Source of the DNA: Haliotis rubra
Lineage: Eukaryota
Direction of reading: 5' to 3'
DNA: 64,000 nt
Assembly (NCBI RefSeq): GCF_003918875.1
Contig: NW_025766975.1
Location: forward strand, 930,684-994,683
In this document: piece after piece, positions 63,769-64,000 of the stretch
Position numbering within the stretch: the stretch's first letter is position 1
How the letters are laid out: each line of letters begins with the position of its first letter
Notes under the pieces: generated by a model
Databases searched by the model: none
Told to the model about the DNA's origin: nothing
What the model saw: the letters and a program-made list of their open reading frames with translations, nothing else
Made by a program: the position numbers and the translations under genes

Positions 63769-64000
63769 GAGACCTGTGAAGATCCAGGTTAGAATTGGTC
63801 TCCAGCAACATGTGCTTGTCATAAGAGGCGACTAATGGGACCGAGTGGTCAAGCTTGCAGACTTGGTTGACACATGTCATCGTATACCAATTGCATAGAT
63901 CGATGCTCATGCTGTTGATCACTGGATTGTCTGGTCCAGACTCGATTATTTACAGCCGACGCCATATAGCTGGTATATTGCTGATTGTTGCGTTAAACAA
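63769..64000 (+). mobile_element. Family B copy (sense) running to the window end
   Basis: gacctgtgaagatccaggttagaattggtctccagcaacatgtgcttgtcataagaggcgactaatgggaccgagtggtcaagcttgcagacttggttgacacatgtcatcg...gatcactggattgtctggtccagactcgattatttacagccgacgccatatagctggtatattgctgattg. Confidence 0.7.

Overview
This is eukaryotic (metazoan) genomic DNA, not prokaryotic. Only short ORFs are present, exons have canonical AG/GT boundaries, and the window is AT-rich and densely packed with tRNA-derived SINEs, mini/microsatellites and a Tc1-like remnant. It looks invertebrate, possibly molluscan, but I cannot name the species from sequence alone.

The one recognisable gene is the 3' half of a COE (Collier/Olf/EBF) transcription factor gene on the + strand, about 5.5 to 14.8 kb. 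I identified it from recalled EBF/Collier protein motifs ([34 protein letters not shown], [30 protein letters not shown], [20 protein letters not shown], [25 protein letters not shown]) spread over at least 6-7 exons with clean splice sites. Its first exon in the window carries a 1-bp indel in a G6 homopolymer that breaks the conserved frame. Upstream exons (DNA-binding domain, N-terminal part of the IPT/TIG domain) were not found in bp 1-5567.

The remaining ~49 kb is intergenic or intronic repeat landscape with three main components:
- Two abundant SINE-like families. Family A has a tRNA-like head; family B has a different ~200 bp body. Both end in the same ~50 bp tail module plus a (CTCA)n tail. 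A rarer third head variant, C, also carries this tail. Several copies have perfect 9-16 bp target-site duplications, and there are A+B composites, head-to-head and tandem B pairs.
- Very large minisatellite arrays: a 22-bp unit over ~1.6 kb, a 63-bp unit over ~3.3 kb, a 35-bp unit over ~1.9 kb, and a 126-bp satellite in higher-order organisation.
- Microsatellites (GA)47, (GT)14+(G)14, (AACC/AAAC)n and (AGT/AGC)n, plus a TA-flanked 130-bp hairpin element with perfect 32-bp terminal inverted repeats.

The long ORFs in the track that fall inside the repeat arrays are repeat-translation artefacts, not genes. No rRNA, no bona fide tRNA and no CRISPR arrays are present.
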